From the NCBI GenBank assembly GCA_014859345.1, contig JACUUL010000005.1:1072-65071 (forward strand): a stretch of 64,000 nucleotides of DNA. The letters are read 5' to 3'. This document shows, piece by piece, positions 28,183 through 38,099 of this stretch. The stretch's first letter is position 1, and every line of letters starts with the position of its first letter. Made by a program: the position numbers and the translations under genes. This DNA is from Thermoleophilia bacterium (GTDB taxonomy: Bacteria; Actinomycetota; Thermoleophilia; BMS3ABIN01). Under the pieces are notes generated by a model, which saw nothing but the letters and a program-made list of their open reading frames with translations, was not told the origin of the DNA and did no database searches.

Positions 28183-28266
28183 TTACAGGCCGCTGGCATG
28201 GCCGCGGCGGCCAGGCGCCTTCCCGACAGGATCGGCTCTCTTGCCGCTTACCGGCTCGGCTTGCCC

Positions 28267-29433
28267 TTAAAAACTGCCGGGAGCCACGCAGTCCGCCGCC
28301 CAGAGGGAAAGCTGCACTTTTCTGGCCGGCACCGGCCGTCTCCCTCCAAGCAAAACATAGGATTCCGCCCGGCGGGCGGCGGCGCCGGCGCGCTTGAGGT
28401 CGTCCAGGGACTTGATCCGGCCATCCCGGCGGCGCCTGAGGATGCGGCCGGCGGACACCGGTCCTATCCCGGGGACCCGCAGCAGCTCCTCCCGGGTGGC
28501 CGTATTGACCTCTACGGGAAAGAATTCCGGATGTCTTGAAGCCCATGCTGATTTGGGATCAACGCCCGGGGGAAGATTACCGTTCTCATCGAGCACGAGC
28601 TCGTTGGCAGAGAAGCCGTATTTTCTCAACAGGAAATCAGCCTGGTAAAGACGGTGCTCGCGCTCGAAGGGAGCCGGCGGGCGCCCCTCGAGCGGCGTTG
28701 CCCTGACCGGCTGAAAAGCGCTGAAATATATCCTGGAAAGCCCCAGCCGCCCGTAAAGGTCGCCCATAAGTCGGATGAACTCGCCATCGGTTTCCTCTCC
28801 CGCGCCCACCACAAACTGTGTGGTCTGCCCGCGGCAGCGGCCCGCCCTGCTGTCAACCAGGTTCTGGATCCAGGCCATGCGCTCGTAGATGTGTGAATGA
28901 AAGCTCTTCTGCGGAGAGAGCGCCGCCAGCCGGGACGGAGAAGGGGCTTCCAGATTGAGCGACAGGCGGTTTGCCAGCTCTGCTGCCCGCCCTACCTGCT
29001 CACGGGAGGCCCCCGGCAGGATCTTCAGATGCACCCAGCCTCGATAGCCGTGACGGAAACGGACGATCTCCACGGTTTTGATCATCCTAGCCATGGCCTC
29101 ATCGACCGTGCCGCTGATGGCCGAGCTCAGGAACAGTCCGGTGACCTGGCCCCTGCGGTGCATTTCCACGAAGGCGGCGGCAAGCTCCTCCGGAATAAAA
29201 CCGGCCCGGGGGAAGCCGCGGCCTCGGCGCTGGGCGCAGTAGGCGCAGTCCCGGGTACAGGCGTTGGAAAGCAACACCTTGAGCAGGTTGGCGCGCTTCC
29301 CCCCGGGCAGAACGGCCGGATAAATCCAGCGACCCAGCGGTCCCCGGACTCGCGGCTGGGAAGGTCCGCAGGCACATGCCAGGTCATAACGGGCTTCGGC
29401 CGCGAGGATGTCAAGTTTTTGGGCGACGTGCAC
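28267..29433 (-). CDS. putative DNA modification/repair radical SAM protein with HhH domain (TIGR03916-like)
   Basis: KLDILAAEARYD, CTRDCAYC, GLFLSS, REHRLYQADFL, LLRVPGIG. Confidence 0.9.
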   Translation of the reverse strand: MHVAQKLDILAAEARYDLACACGPSQPRVRGPLGRWIYPAVLPGGKRANLLKVLLSNACTRDCAYCAQRRGRGFPRAGFIPEELAAAFVEMHRRGQVTGLFLSSAISGTVDEAMARMIKTVEIVRFRHGYRGWVHLKILPGASREQVGRAAELANRLSLNLEAPSPSRLAALSPQKSFHSHIYERMAWIQNLVDSRAGRCRGQTTQFVVGAGEETDGEFIRLMGDLYGRLGLSRIYFSAFQPVRATPLEGRPPAPFEREHRLYQADFLLRKYGFSANELVLDENGNLPPGVDPKSAWASRHPEFFPVEVNTATREELLRVPGIGPVSAGRILRRRRDGRIKSLDDLKRAGAAARRAESYVLLGGRRPVPARKVQLSLWAADCVAPGSF

Positions 29434-29644
29434 CAGATTCAGCCTTTTTTCGGGTAGAGGCCAGGATAAGGCTATCAGTTCCGGCGGACGGAGCCTGACA
29501 CAGGTTACGGTTGCCGTTCCCGGTCCGCAAAAAACGGAAAATCCGAGAACCGCGCCAAAACCTTGTCAAGCCCGATGGCTGATATGATTGAGTTACATTT
29601 TAGCAGGCATCTGCCAGTGAAAGGATCCTCTGTACATCGTCACG

Positions 29645-30202
29645 ATGGCGCTCGTTATCATCCACAAATTCGGAAAGACGCCGGGAATTTCTCTGGGTGA
29701 GCTGGCTGAGGAGCTAGGCAGCGCATTTCAGGTCCCCGTCTCAGCCGGCGCTCCGCAGCCGCTCCCCCCGGATGGGTACGACCGGCACCGCCACCAGTAC
29801 AGTGCGGCTGTTTTTATCCAGCGCCTGTTACAAATAAAGGAACGATCGCCCATGGATCAGCGGTCGGCCGTGCTCCTGGGATTGACGGGCGCCGACCTTT
29901 TCGTTCCGCAACTTACCTTCGTATTTGGCCTGTCCGACAGAAGGGCCGGAGCGGCCGTTGTTGCCACGAGCCGCCTGAGGCCAGAATTTTATGGCGAAGA
30001 ACCAGATCAGGCTTTTTTTGGCGAACGGGTGCTAAAGGAAGCGACTCACGAGCTGGGCCATGTCTTCGGCCTGCCCCACTGCGGCGATGCGCTTTGTATC
30101 ATGCATTTCTCCAACTCCATCGCCGACACCGACCGCAAGGGCCCCGGCTTCTGCCGGAAGTGCCGGGCGCGGCTGGCCGAACTCGGTATCGTCGGAAACT
30201 GA
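29645..30202 (+). CDS. archaemetzincin family Zn metalloprotease
   Basis: HELGHVFGLPHC, CIMHFSNS, FCRKC. Confidence 0.92.
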   Translation: MALVIIHKFGKTPGISLGELAEELGSAFQVPVSAGAPQPLPPDGYDRHRHQYSAAVFIQRLLQIKERSPMDQRSAVLLGLTGADLFVPQLTFVFGLSDRRAGAAVVATSRLRPEFYGEEPDQAFFGERVLKEATHELGHVFGLPHCGDALCIMHFSNSIADTDRKGPGFCRKCRARLAELGIVGN

Positions 30203-30230
30203 CGGTCCCCTTTTTCCCGCTTTCCCTTCC

Positions 30231-31085
30231 CTAGAAGAAAGCCTGGATCTCGCCGGCCACGTCCTCGATTGAATATGGCTGCTTCACAAGCGGATCCGTG
30301 GCGATGACCGGCAGGCTGTCCTCAAAAACAGGACGGTCGTTCCTGTAGATGACCCCGGTGGGGATGCGTTCGCCAAACTCCAGCGCCAGTTGGAAGGCCG
30401 CCTCCCTGTCGGTGGGGTCGTGCTCATCAGCTTTTATGTGGTAGACACGCTCCTTGTACCATTTGCTCGTATTGATCTTGTTGAAAACAACGCAATTCTG
30501 TAATATATCAACCAAGGCGAATCCCCGGTGCTCCATCGCCCGCTTCAGGAGTTCCTTGAGAAAATCTGTGTCACCCGTGAACCCCCTGGCTACGAAGCTG
30601 GCATTCATGGCCACCGCCAGGGCCACCGGATTCAGGTTCTCCGGAAGCACGCCGAAAGGTTGGGTCTTGGTCATCATGCCCTGGCCGCTGGTGGGCGAGG
30701 CCTGCCCCTTGGTGAGTCCGTAAATCTGGTTGTCATGCACGAAGAGCTTGACATTGATGTTGCGGCGCATGGCGTGCAGGAAATGGTTGCCGCCCTCGCC
30801 ATAGCAGTCCCCGTCCCCGGCTTCGGCGATTACCGGCATGCCGTGGTTCACCAGCCGGATGGCTGTGGCCACCGGCAGTGTCCGGCCATGCAGGCCGTTG
30901 AAGGTATTGCAACGCGTGTAATGCGGCAGTTTGCCGGCCTGCCCGATGCCGGAGACCACTATCAGCCCGTGAGGCTCCACGCCCAGCTCAACCATGGCCT
31001 GCTTGAAGGCTTTTAGCAACTGGAAATTGCCGCATCCCGGACACCAGGCCGGAATCTGTCCCCTGTAGTCCTCGAGCTCAGGCAC
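30231..31085 (-). CDS. 2-oxoacid:ferredoxin oxidoreductase beta subunit
   Basis: WCPGCG, HGRTLP, GDGD...N TPP motif, YGLTKGQASPT; GTG start overlapping the alpha stop. Confidence 0.93.
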   Translation of the reverse strand: MPELEDYRGQIPAWCPGCGNFQLLKAFKQAMVELGVEPHGLIVVSGIGQAGKLPHYTRCNTFNGLHGRTLPVATAIRLVNHGMPVIAEAGDGDCYGEGGNHFLHAMRRNINVKLFVHDNQIYGLTKGQASPTSGQGMMTKTQPFGVLPENLNPVALAVAMNASFVARGFTGDTDFLKELLKRAMEHRGFALVDILQNCVVFNKINTSKWYKERVYHIKADEHDPTDREAAFQLALEFGERIPTGVIYRNDRPVFEDSLPVIATDPLVKQPYSIEDVAGEIQAFF

Positions 31086-32793
31086 GCAGTTTTTCCACCA
31101 CCTCTTCCAGCAGGAACGGCCTGCCATCGTAGCGATTAATCCGCTCATCGAACTCAAAGCCGGTCTCCATGCGAATCAGGCGGGCAAACTGGGAGGTGGC
31201 GTTATTCTCCAGGCAGATGGTGCGCCCGGCGCCGTCAAGAAGATTCATCCAGTCAAACTCCTCCATGCACGGCAGCGGCCAGATTTCATTGAAGTGGAGC
31301 ATGCCGATGCTTTGCCCGTCCCTGAGCGTCTTTACCGCTTCGCCCACAACTCCGAGATTGGAGCCCCAGCAGGCCACGAGGGTCTCGGGGCGCTCGGGTC
31401 CGTAATATCTGGGCGGCGACATTTCGGATTTGATCTGCAGCAGTTTTTTCAGCAGGCGCTTCTCGACCATCTTTATGCGCGTTTCCGCATCCTCCACGAT
31501 ATGGCCCTCCTCGTCGTGCTCGTCACTGTCGGTGACCACCAGGTGCCGTGAGGCCCCCGGCTCGGCCAGCGGCGTGACGCCCGAATCTGTGAACTCGTGC
31601 CTTTTGTACGCCTTCAGCGTGTCCAGCTCCTCCGTGCGCAGCCGGTAATCCCGGTAAACGAGCTTTGACGTTTCAAGCTCTGGCAGGCTCCACTCCGAGT
31701 CGGCCAGGTACTGATCCATGAGGATAATTGCCGGGACCTGGTACTTCTCAGCCAGATCAAAAGCCTTGTTGGTAAGATAGAAAGCCTCCGCCGGCGTTCC
31801 CGGCGCCATGATCACCCGGGGAAACTCCCCGTGGGCGGCATGGGTCACGTAAAGCAGGTCGCCCTGCTCGGTGCGGGTGGGAAAGCCGGTCGCCGGCGCC
31901 GGCCTCATTCCCACGTATATGACCACGGGCGTTTCGGTCATGCCCGCCAGCGAGAGCCCCTCGACCATGAGAGCGAAACCGCCTCCGGCTGTGCCGGTCA
32001 TGGCGCGCACTCCCGCGTAGGAGGCGCCGATGGCCATGTTGATGGCGGCGATCTCGTCCTCGGCCTGCTCCACCACCAGGCTGTGTTTCTTGCTGGCGGC
32101 CGCCAGGTAGGTGAGGATTCCCGTGGAGGGAGTCATGGGATAGGCGGCATAGAAGCGGCAGCCGCTGAGCAATGCGCCCAGCGCCACAGCCGTGGCTCCG
32201 TCCAGAAACATGAGCCGTCCTCCCTCCCCGGGCTCGGTCACGGTAAACTCACAACGCTCGCAGTATTTTTCCGCGTAGTCGGAGCCGGCCTTCGCGGCGG
32301 CTACGTTCCGGTCGACGATATCCTGGCCTTTGCGAAGGAATGTATCGGACAGCAGCTTTTCAAGCGGCTTCAGGTCCATTCCCATAATTCCCATGACCGC
32401 GCCTACAGCCACTGTGTTCTCCATCAACCGGGAACCCGCAGCTTCCTCCGCCAGTTGCCGGAATGGAACGTCCAGGAATACAGGAGATTCGTATTTCTCC
32501 TTGACCGCCTCGGAATCGTAAATTACCAGGCCGCCCGGATTCAGCTCGTGCTCGTGTCTTTGTACCGTCGTCTTGTCCAGGGCGATGAGGATGTCTATTC
32601 CCCGGCGCGAGCAGCTGATCGGGGAATCCGAGAAGCGCACCTGATAGAAATTATGGCCGCCCCGGATACGGGACTCGTAATCCTGGTGCGAGAAGACCTG
32701 GTAGCTCATCCGGGCAAAAAGCTTTCCCAGCACGCTGCCTATGGTCTGCAGCCCCTGCCCTGCCTGCCCGCCTATCATGATGGTGTAATCCAT
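31078..32793 (-). CDS. 2-oxoacid:ferredoxin oxidoreductase alpha subunit (gamma-alpha fusion)
   Basis: GGQAGQG, ESRIRGG, YPMTP, EQAEDEIAA. Confidence 0.93.
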   Translation of the reverse strand: MDYTIMIGGQAGQGLQTIGSVLGKLFARMSYQVFSHQDYESRIRGGHNFYQVRFSDSPISCSRRGIDILIALDKTTVQRHEHELNPGGLVIYDSEAVKEKYESPVFLDVPFRQLAEEAAGSRLMENTVAVGAVMGIMGMDLKPLEKLLSDTFLRKGQDIVDRNVAAAKAGSDYAEKYCERCEFTVTEPGEGGRLMFLDGATAVALGALLSGCRFYAAYPMTPSTGILTYLAAASKKHSLVVEQAEDEIAAINMAIGASYAGVRAMTGTAGGGFALMVEGLSLAGMTETPVVIYVGMRPAPATGFPTRTEQGDLLYVTHAAHGEFPRVIMAPGTPAEAFYLTNKAFDLAEKYQVPAIILMDQYLADSEWSLPELETSKLVYRDYRLRTEELDTLKAYKRHEFTDSGVTPLAEPGASRHLVVTDSDEHDEEGHIVEDAETRIKMVEKRLLKKLLQIKSEMSPPRYYGPERPETLVACWGSNLGVVGEAVKTLRDGQSIGMLHFNEIWPLPCMEEFDWMNLLDGAGRTICLENNATSQFARLIRMETGFEFDERINRYDGRPFLLEEVVEKLRA

Positions 32794-32957
32794 GTGAGCT
32801 TAATTACCCTTAATGACAAGTGGGGAAACAAGGAGGCGAGAACGAGGATTATGTCCCCGTTTGGCCTGCGTTTCCCCGCTTTATGGGTAACGGTCTCCGG
32901 CAAGCGGGATTATGTTCCCGAAGCGGCCCGAAAAAGGAGACCTCTCACACTCGGAGG

Positions 32958-33515
32958 TCATGTTCCCGGAAACAGCTCGCTATACCTGAAAAGCGGCTCG
33001 AACGGCACCCCGGTTTTGGCAACGTTCTCGGCTCCGCCCTCACCGCGGTCCACGAGGGCGTATGCTACCAGCGGTTCCAGCATCTCCTGCCGGGAAATAT
33101 CGATGGCCCTGATGAGGGAGCCGCCGCTGGTCACGACGTCATCGATTACGGCAACGCGCATGCCCGCTTCGACAGGGCCTTCGATCCACCCGGTGGTTCC
33201 GTGTTTCTTCGGCTCCTTGCGGGCGATATAGCCGCCGATGGGATACCCGAGCCTGTAGCCGGCATCGACTACGCCGGCCACCAGGGGATCGGCGCCCAGG
33301 GTAAGGCCGCCAATGACTTTGATTCCGGCGGCTCTCATTTTTGCCACAATCAAATCCGCGCAGAGCGGCAACCCTTCCCCGTCGAGCGTCACCTGTTTGG
33401 TATCGAAATAATGGCTGCTGCGTTTGCCCGAGGTCAGGACAAAATCTCCGGTGAGATAGGCCTTCTCGATCAGAAGATTCCGAAGCCTTTCGCGAATGGC
33501 GTAAGTTTCCGTCAT
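32958..33515 (-). CDS. pyrE: orotate phosphoribosyltransferase
   Basis: GDFVLTSGKRS, RKEPKKHG, VIDDVVTSGGS. Confidence 0.95.
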   Translation of the reverse strand: MTETYAIRERLRNLLIEKAYLTGDFVLTSGKRSSHYFDTKQVTLDGEGLPLCADLIVAKMRAAGIKVIGGLTLGADPLVAGVVDAGYRLGYPIGGYIARKEPKKHGTTGWIEGPVEAGMRVAVIDDVVTSGGSLIRAIDISRQEMLEPLVAYALVDRGEGGAENVAKTGVPFEPLFRYSELFPGT

Positions 33516-33766
33516 TTCCCTCCCTGGGCGGCAAAATTTCTTCCAGACTATTTATACCCCGGCGGAGCAGATTCCGCCAGCTTGGAATGAAGATGACGGT
33601 TTCCAGCGTCGCGGTTTAAAAAACGGGAAAACGGAAACGGGAGCCTGAAATAAGAATGAAGCAAAAAAAGCGATCGGGAATCCGAAGCAGGTCGAACAGT
33701 TCATGATTCAGGGGGAGGATAAGGACGTCCGTCTGAGAATAATCATTACAGCCGGAAGGAGGAAAG

Positions 33767-34003
33767 ATGAAAAGCGAACAACCAGCCCGGGACCGCGGCG
33801 ATAAAGGCAGCCTCGGGGAAAGGGCGGCCGGCGCCGGCCGCGCCAACATCATGGCCGCCGCCCAGATTATTTTCGGGATTGTGATTTTTTCTGCGGCCTG
33901 GTGGGTGCCGGAAGAAAGCCGCCAGACGGCTTTCTATATTTTCGGATTCATCACCGTGCTGATTGGAATCCTGTCTGCGGTTATGCTGGCGCCCAAATCT
34001 TGA
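33767..34003 (+). CDS. small two-TM membrane protein
   Basis: AGGAGG SD; two hydrophobic helices. Confidence 0.65.
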   Translation: MKSEQPARDRGDKGSLGERAAGAGRANIMAAAQIIFGIVIFSAAWWVPEESRQTAFYIFGFITVLIGILSAVMLAPKS

Positions 34004-34029
34004 CACTTTCTGAAACAGCGTGTGATAAT
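34000..34029 (+). promoter_or_regulatory. sigma70-type promoter of the CsoR-family gene
   Basis: TTGACA-18 nt-GATAAT, preceded by TGn (extended -10). Confidence 0.7.
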
Positions 34030-34035
34030 ACCTTA

Positions 34036-34049
34036 TACCCATAGGGGTA
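34036..34049. promoter_or_regulatory. CsoR-family operator
   Basis: TACCC-ATAG-GGGTA C/G-tract inverted repeat near the predicted transcription start. Confidence 0.75.
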
Positions 34050-34119
34050 AAGCTCCCTTCTTTAATTCGTTTGATTTCTCACGGGTGTTTCCTGTCCGTT
34101 CGCGAAGGCAAGGTTTGTG

Positions 34120-34407
34120 ATGGCTTCAGTCGAGAAGACAGATACTGAAAAGGCATTAAACAGGCTGCGCCGGATAGAGGGTCAGGTCCGGGGCCTGCAG
34201 CGCATGATTTCGGAAGACAAGCGTTGCGAAGATGTGCTCACCCAGCTGGCGGCCACCAGGGCGGCGCTTGACCGGGTAGGCGTCTTTCTCATCAGCAACC
34301 GCATGAAAGAGTGTCTGAAGCACAGCTCGGTCGAGATCAAGATGAACGACGAAGCCGTAGAAGAGGCTTTCGAAGTTTTCATGAAGTACATTCAACATGT
34401 AAAGTAG
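34120..34407 (+). CDS. CsoR/RcnR family repressor (His ligand missing; CstR-like)
   Basis: LNRLRRIEGQVRGLQRMI, C.DVLTQLAA, NRMKEC. Confidence 0.92.
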   Translation: MASVEKTDTEKALNRLRRIEGQVRGLQRMISEDKRCEDVLTQLAATRAALDRVGVFLISNRMKECLKHSSVEIKMNDEAVEEAFEVFMKYIQHVK

Positions 34408-34431
34408 ACAGCGGGCCGCATGTAAATATGC

Positions 34432-34460
34432 AAGGGGACATGATTCGTGTCCCCTTTATT
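34432..34460 (+). terminator. intrinsic terminator
   Basis: AAGGGGACA-TGATTCG-TGTCCCCTT followed by a T-rich tail. Confidence 0.7.
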
Positions 34461-34579
34461 CGTTTCCGTTCCTGATACCGGAGGTTCCTGAATAAGCTCC
34501 GTTATCCGATGGAGTTCCGGGTATTTATGAAAATTCTTTTTACTATAGAATTGTAAGCCGGAATTTTGAGATTTGTTAA

Positions 34580-36577
34580 ATGACCCGTCGTCGAAAACAA
34601 AAACAGCGAAAGAGGGCGCGGCGGTCGATTCTGGTATTCGGAGCCGGATGCTTGACCCTGATTCTGGCTGTCGGGGTTCTGGCCGGGAACCAGACGGTCA
34701 TGGCCCTGATCAATGACCTGCCGAAACTCGACGAGGAGAACTTCCTTTCGCTGGGGCAGACTTCACGGATCTATGCGGCTGACGGCTCCCTGCTGGCCGA
34801 GATCTACAATGTCGAGAACCGCACCGTCATGCCCCTCGCGGCCATTCCCAAATATCTGCAGGATGCTACCATCGCCATTGAGGATGCGCGGTATTTCGCC
34901 CATAGCGGCCTGGACTACCGGGCTATCGGACGCGCCGCGGTAATCGATGTCACCGAGGGCAGGCTGGTCGAGGGCGGCAGTACCATTACCCAGCAGCTGA
35001 TCAAAAATGTCTACATGTCGGATGAACGATCATTTAACCGCAAGATGGTTGAGGCGGTAATGGCGGTACAGCTGGAGCGCAGCGCCGGCAAGGATCAGAT
35101 CCTGGAGCGGTATCTGAACACGATCTATTATGGCGAAGGCGCCTATGGTGTTGAGGCGGCCGCCCAGACTTATTTTGGCAAGAGCGTGACCGAACTGGAT
35201 CTGGCCGAATCCGCCATGCTGGCCGGTCTGCCCGTTTCCCCGTCAACGTTCTCTCCGAGGCGCGACATGGCCTCGGCAATTCAGCGCCGCAACCTGATTC
35301 TGCAGAAGATGGCGGATCAGGGATATATCAGCCAGGCCATCGCCGATGGAGCGGCCTCGCTACCCGTCAACCTGAAGACTTACCATGCCACACTGAATGA
35401 ACCGTATTTCGTAGAATATGTCAAGGAACAGCTTGTGGAGAAGTATGGTGCCAAGACGGTTTTCGAGGGGGGGTTGCGCGTCGACACCAGCATCGAGCCG
35501 GGATTGCAGGCTGCCGGACTCGATGCCATTCGCAACACCCTCAATGAGGAGGGTGATCCCGCCGCGGCGCTGGTCGCGATCGATCCTGCCACTGGTTTCA
35601 TCAGGGCGATGGTGAGCAGCCAGGATTTTCAGCAGTCTCAATTCAATCTGGCGGTGCAGGCCCGCAGACAGCCAGGTTCGACATTCAAGCCCTATGTGCT
35701 TACCGCTGCCGTGGAACTGGGCGCCGATCCTGCCAAGACCTATTACATGTCGAAGCAGGTCGACATCCCCATGCCCGGCGGGCCTCCATGGCGCGTGTCT
35801 ACCTATGATTTCCGGTATTTCGGAGTCTCGAGCCTGGAGCAGGCGATGCTGCGTTCTGACAATACGGTCTACGCCCAGCTGGTAATGGACGTGGGTCCCG
35901 AAAAGACGCGAAATGTTGCCGAACGGCTGGGCATCAAGAGTCCCATCACGCCGAATCCTTCGATTGCCCTGGGAGGGCTGGGGCAGGGCGTGTCACCGCT
36001 GGAGATGTCTTCCGCCTATGCCACCCTGGCGGCAAACGGCCTCTATGTGGAGCCGACCGCCATCACCAGAGTGGAGATGCCCGATGGCACAGTTGACTAC
36101 CAGGCTGACCCATACCCGCGGCGGGTGGTCGCCGACGGCGTTGCCTGGACGGTCACCCAGGTGCTGAAGGCGGACATGGAAAGAGGCACCTCATCAAAAG
36201 CCAACCTAGGCCGTACGGCGGCTGGCAAGACCGGATCGACCGAGAATCTCCAGGACGCATGGTTCGTTGGTTATACGCCAGAACTGTCTACCGCGGTCTG
36301 GATAGGCTATCCGGACGGCTCGATTCCAATGACCAACGTTCACGGCGGCAGCGTCTGGGGCAGCGGATTTCCCGCCACCATCTGGAGGATCTTTATGCAG
36401 GAAGCCTTAAAAGATGTCCCTGTCAGGGATTTTCCCCCTCCCAGGGAAATGCCCGAGTTCAAGAAATTGAGCGGTACATACGTGCTGTATTCGGGTGGGG
36501 AAGCCCCGGTCTCAACCACTCCTCGCGATGACGCTTACGGACCAGGCAACGCATCGAACCAGCCGCATGGCGATTAG
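34580..36577 (+). CDS. class A penicillin-binding protein (PBP1A family)
   Basis: EDARYFAH, GGSTITQQL transglycosylase motifs; STFK, SDN, KTG transpeptidase motifs. Confidence 0.95.
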   Translation: MTRRRKQKQRKRARRSILVFGAGCLTLILAVGVLAGNQTVMALINDLPKLDEENFLSLGQTSRIYAADGSLLAEIYNVENRTVMPLAAIPKYLQDATIAIEDARYFAHSGLDYRAIGRAAVIDVTEGRLVEGGSTITQQLIKNVYMSDERSFNRKMVEAVMAVQLERSAGKDQILERYLNTIYYGEGAYGVEAAAQTYFGKSVTELDLAESAMLAGLPVSPSTFSPRRDMASAIQRRNLILQKMADQGYISQAIADGAASLPVNLKTYHATLNEPYFVEYVKEQLVEKYGAKTVFEGGLRVDTSIEPGLQAAGLDAIRNTLNEEGDPAAALVAIDPATGFIRAMVSSQDFQQSQFNLAVQARRQPGSTFKPYVLTAAVELGADPAKTYYMSKQVDIPMPGGPPWRVSTYDFRYFGVSSLEQAMLRSDNTVYAQLVMDVGPEKTRNVAERLGIKSPITPNPSIALGGLGQGVSPLEMSSAYATLAANGLYVEPTAITRVEMPDGTVDYQADPYPRRVVADGVAWTVTQVLKADMERGTSSKANLGRTAAGKTGSTENLQDAWFVGYTPELSTAVWIGYPDGSIPMTNVHGGSVWGSGFPATIWRIFMQEALKDVPVRDFPPPREMPEFKKLSGTYVLYSGGEAPVSTTPRDDAYGPGNASNQPHGD

Positions 36578-36864
36578 AACCTGGCCGCGCCTGATAAAAC
36601 AGGCATAAAGGATTCGCGCCCTCCCGCGGTGAAAAAAATCAAAGAACGGTCAGCAGTCCCCGTACCGCGAGCGCCGGTTATGGGCCTGCCTACGGGACCG
36701 GCGTCCCTCTTCGCGGCAGCCGGGGTGAATGTCCCTGAAGAGGCCCGGCATAACCGGCAGCGCCTGCTGGAAACAGGCATCTTGTCCCCGGAATGGGAGC
36801 AGTTCCGGGGTGACTCTGCTGGAGCGCCCGGCGGCGCCGCAGAGGAGCCTCGGCAAATGGAGCA

Positions 36865-37215
36865 TCAGACAGAGGCGCGGACTTTCCCGGTCAATTTACC
36901 GATGGCATCCTTCCGTCCCACGAGGATGAGCACCAGATCGCGGTTAAGGGGAGCCAGAATCAGATCGTGGCCGGTCAGCTCCAGGTTCAGCAGCCGAGGC
37001 AGGGTGGTGCCCAGTTCCTCGGCCATCGTTTTGAAAGACGCCAGCATGGAAGCGGCATGCGCGGCTATGACTTCCGGATCGGGGCCATTATCTCCCGACC
37101 ACGCCACCAGCAACCCGTCCAGGGATGAAAGACCGGCGGCGTCTATCCCTTCTATCTCGGTGTAGGGCCTGATAATGGCCTCAAGCTCATCCCTCTCAAT
37201 GCGGTTTTTTTCCAT
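36865..37215 (-). CDS. roadblock/LC7 domain protein
   Basis: 'EGIDAAGLSSLDGLLVA...AAHAASM' fold pattern; ATG overlaps the parB TGA. Confidence 0.85.
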   Translation of the reverse strand: MEKNRIERDELEAIIRPYTEIEGIDAAGLSSLDGLLVAWSGDNGPDPEVIAAHAASMLASFKTMAEELGTTLPRLLNLELTGHDLILAPLNRDLVLILVGRKDAIGKLTGKVRASV

Positions 37216-38099
37216 CAATATGATTCCTCCAGTGTATCGATGATCTTGCGCAGCTGTTCCTCGCCGGAGAACTCGATCTCGATCCGGCCGGCTTTCCCGG
37301 CCCAGCGCACCTTTACCGGCAGCCGGAAAGCTGAATAAAGAGCATCAGTGGCTTCGTCCATGACCTCTTGCCTCACCGGCGGCGCCTGAGGCCGGCGATT
37401 GTCGCCTCCGGCTGTTTCCTTGCGGGCGAGGTCCTCTGTCTGCCGCACGGACAATCCACGCGCCGCCGCCCGGGCTGCCAGCTTTTTCTGTTTCAGGCGG
37501 TCAGGAACCGAGAGTAACGCCCGCCCGTGTCCCTCCGACAGCTGTCCATGTTCGATCAGCTTCTGAACCTCGTCCGGTAAGTCAAGCAGCCGGATTGTGT
37601 TGGCTATCGCGGAGCGGCTGCGCCCCAGCCGGGTGGCCAGATCCTCCTGGGTGGTGCCGAACTCCTCTTGCAGGTTGGCGTAGGCCCGCGCCGTGTCCAT
37701 TGGATTCAGGTCCTCACGATTAATGTTCTCGATCAAGGCCAATTCAAGGGATTCGGCATCGCCCGCCGATCTGACAATAGCCGGCACGGTTTCCAGGCCG
37801 GCGATCCGCGCCGCCCGCCAGCGGCGCTCCCCAGCCACCAGTTCGTAGCCGCCTCCCTTTTTTCTGACGATCACGGGCTGCACCAGGCCCACGGCGGCAA
37901 TGGAGCGGGCCAGCTCGTGCAGCTTCTCATCGTCAAAAAAAGTGCGGGGCTGTGAAGGGTTCACGGAAATTTGATTAATGGACAATTCCTGGTAGGATTC
38001 CGCGGCGCTTGCCGCCTCGCTTTCAGAGGCCACGCTCCCGCTCTCCCCGATCAGCGCCGATAGGCCTTTGCCCAGACCCTTGGTGTTTTTACTACTCAC
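37215..38099 (-). CDS. parB: chromosome partitioning protein ParB/Spo0J
   Basis: GLGKGLSALI, NPSQPR, VAGERRWRA, ENINREDL, HTH. Confidence 0.96.
   Translation of the reverse strand: MSSKNTKGLGKGLSALIGESGSVASESEAASAAESYQELSINQISVNPSQPRTFFDDEKLHELARSIAAVGLVQPVIVRKKGGGYELVAGERRWRAARIAGLETVPAIVRSAGDAESLELALIENINREDLNPMDTARAYANLQEEFGTTQEDLATRLGRSRSAIANTIRLLDLPDEVQKLIEHGQLSEGHGRALLSVPDRLKQKKLAARAAARGLSVRQTEDLARKETAGGDNRRPQAPPVRQEVMDEATDALYSAFRLPVKVRWAGKAGRIEIEFSGEEQLRKIIDTLEESY

Noticed and set aside
31831..33231. 466-aa plus-strand ORF, and similar long ORFs at 23300-24532, 43387-44460, 9292-10056 and 26169-27329
   Set aside because: Antisense shadows of well-supported genes in GC-rich DNA; no recognisable motifs.
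33734..33748. Fur/PerR-like box TGAGAATAATCATTA
   Set aside because: Several mismatches to consensus and no iron-related gene downstream; too weak to call.
36629..37165. 178-aa plus-strand ORF and small minus-strand ORFs in the pbp1A-roadblock spacer
   Set aside because: The plus ORF overlaps the roadblock gene antisense, and none has recognisable motifs. The 71-aa minus ORF has a TGATG overlap but no other support.
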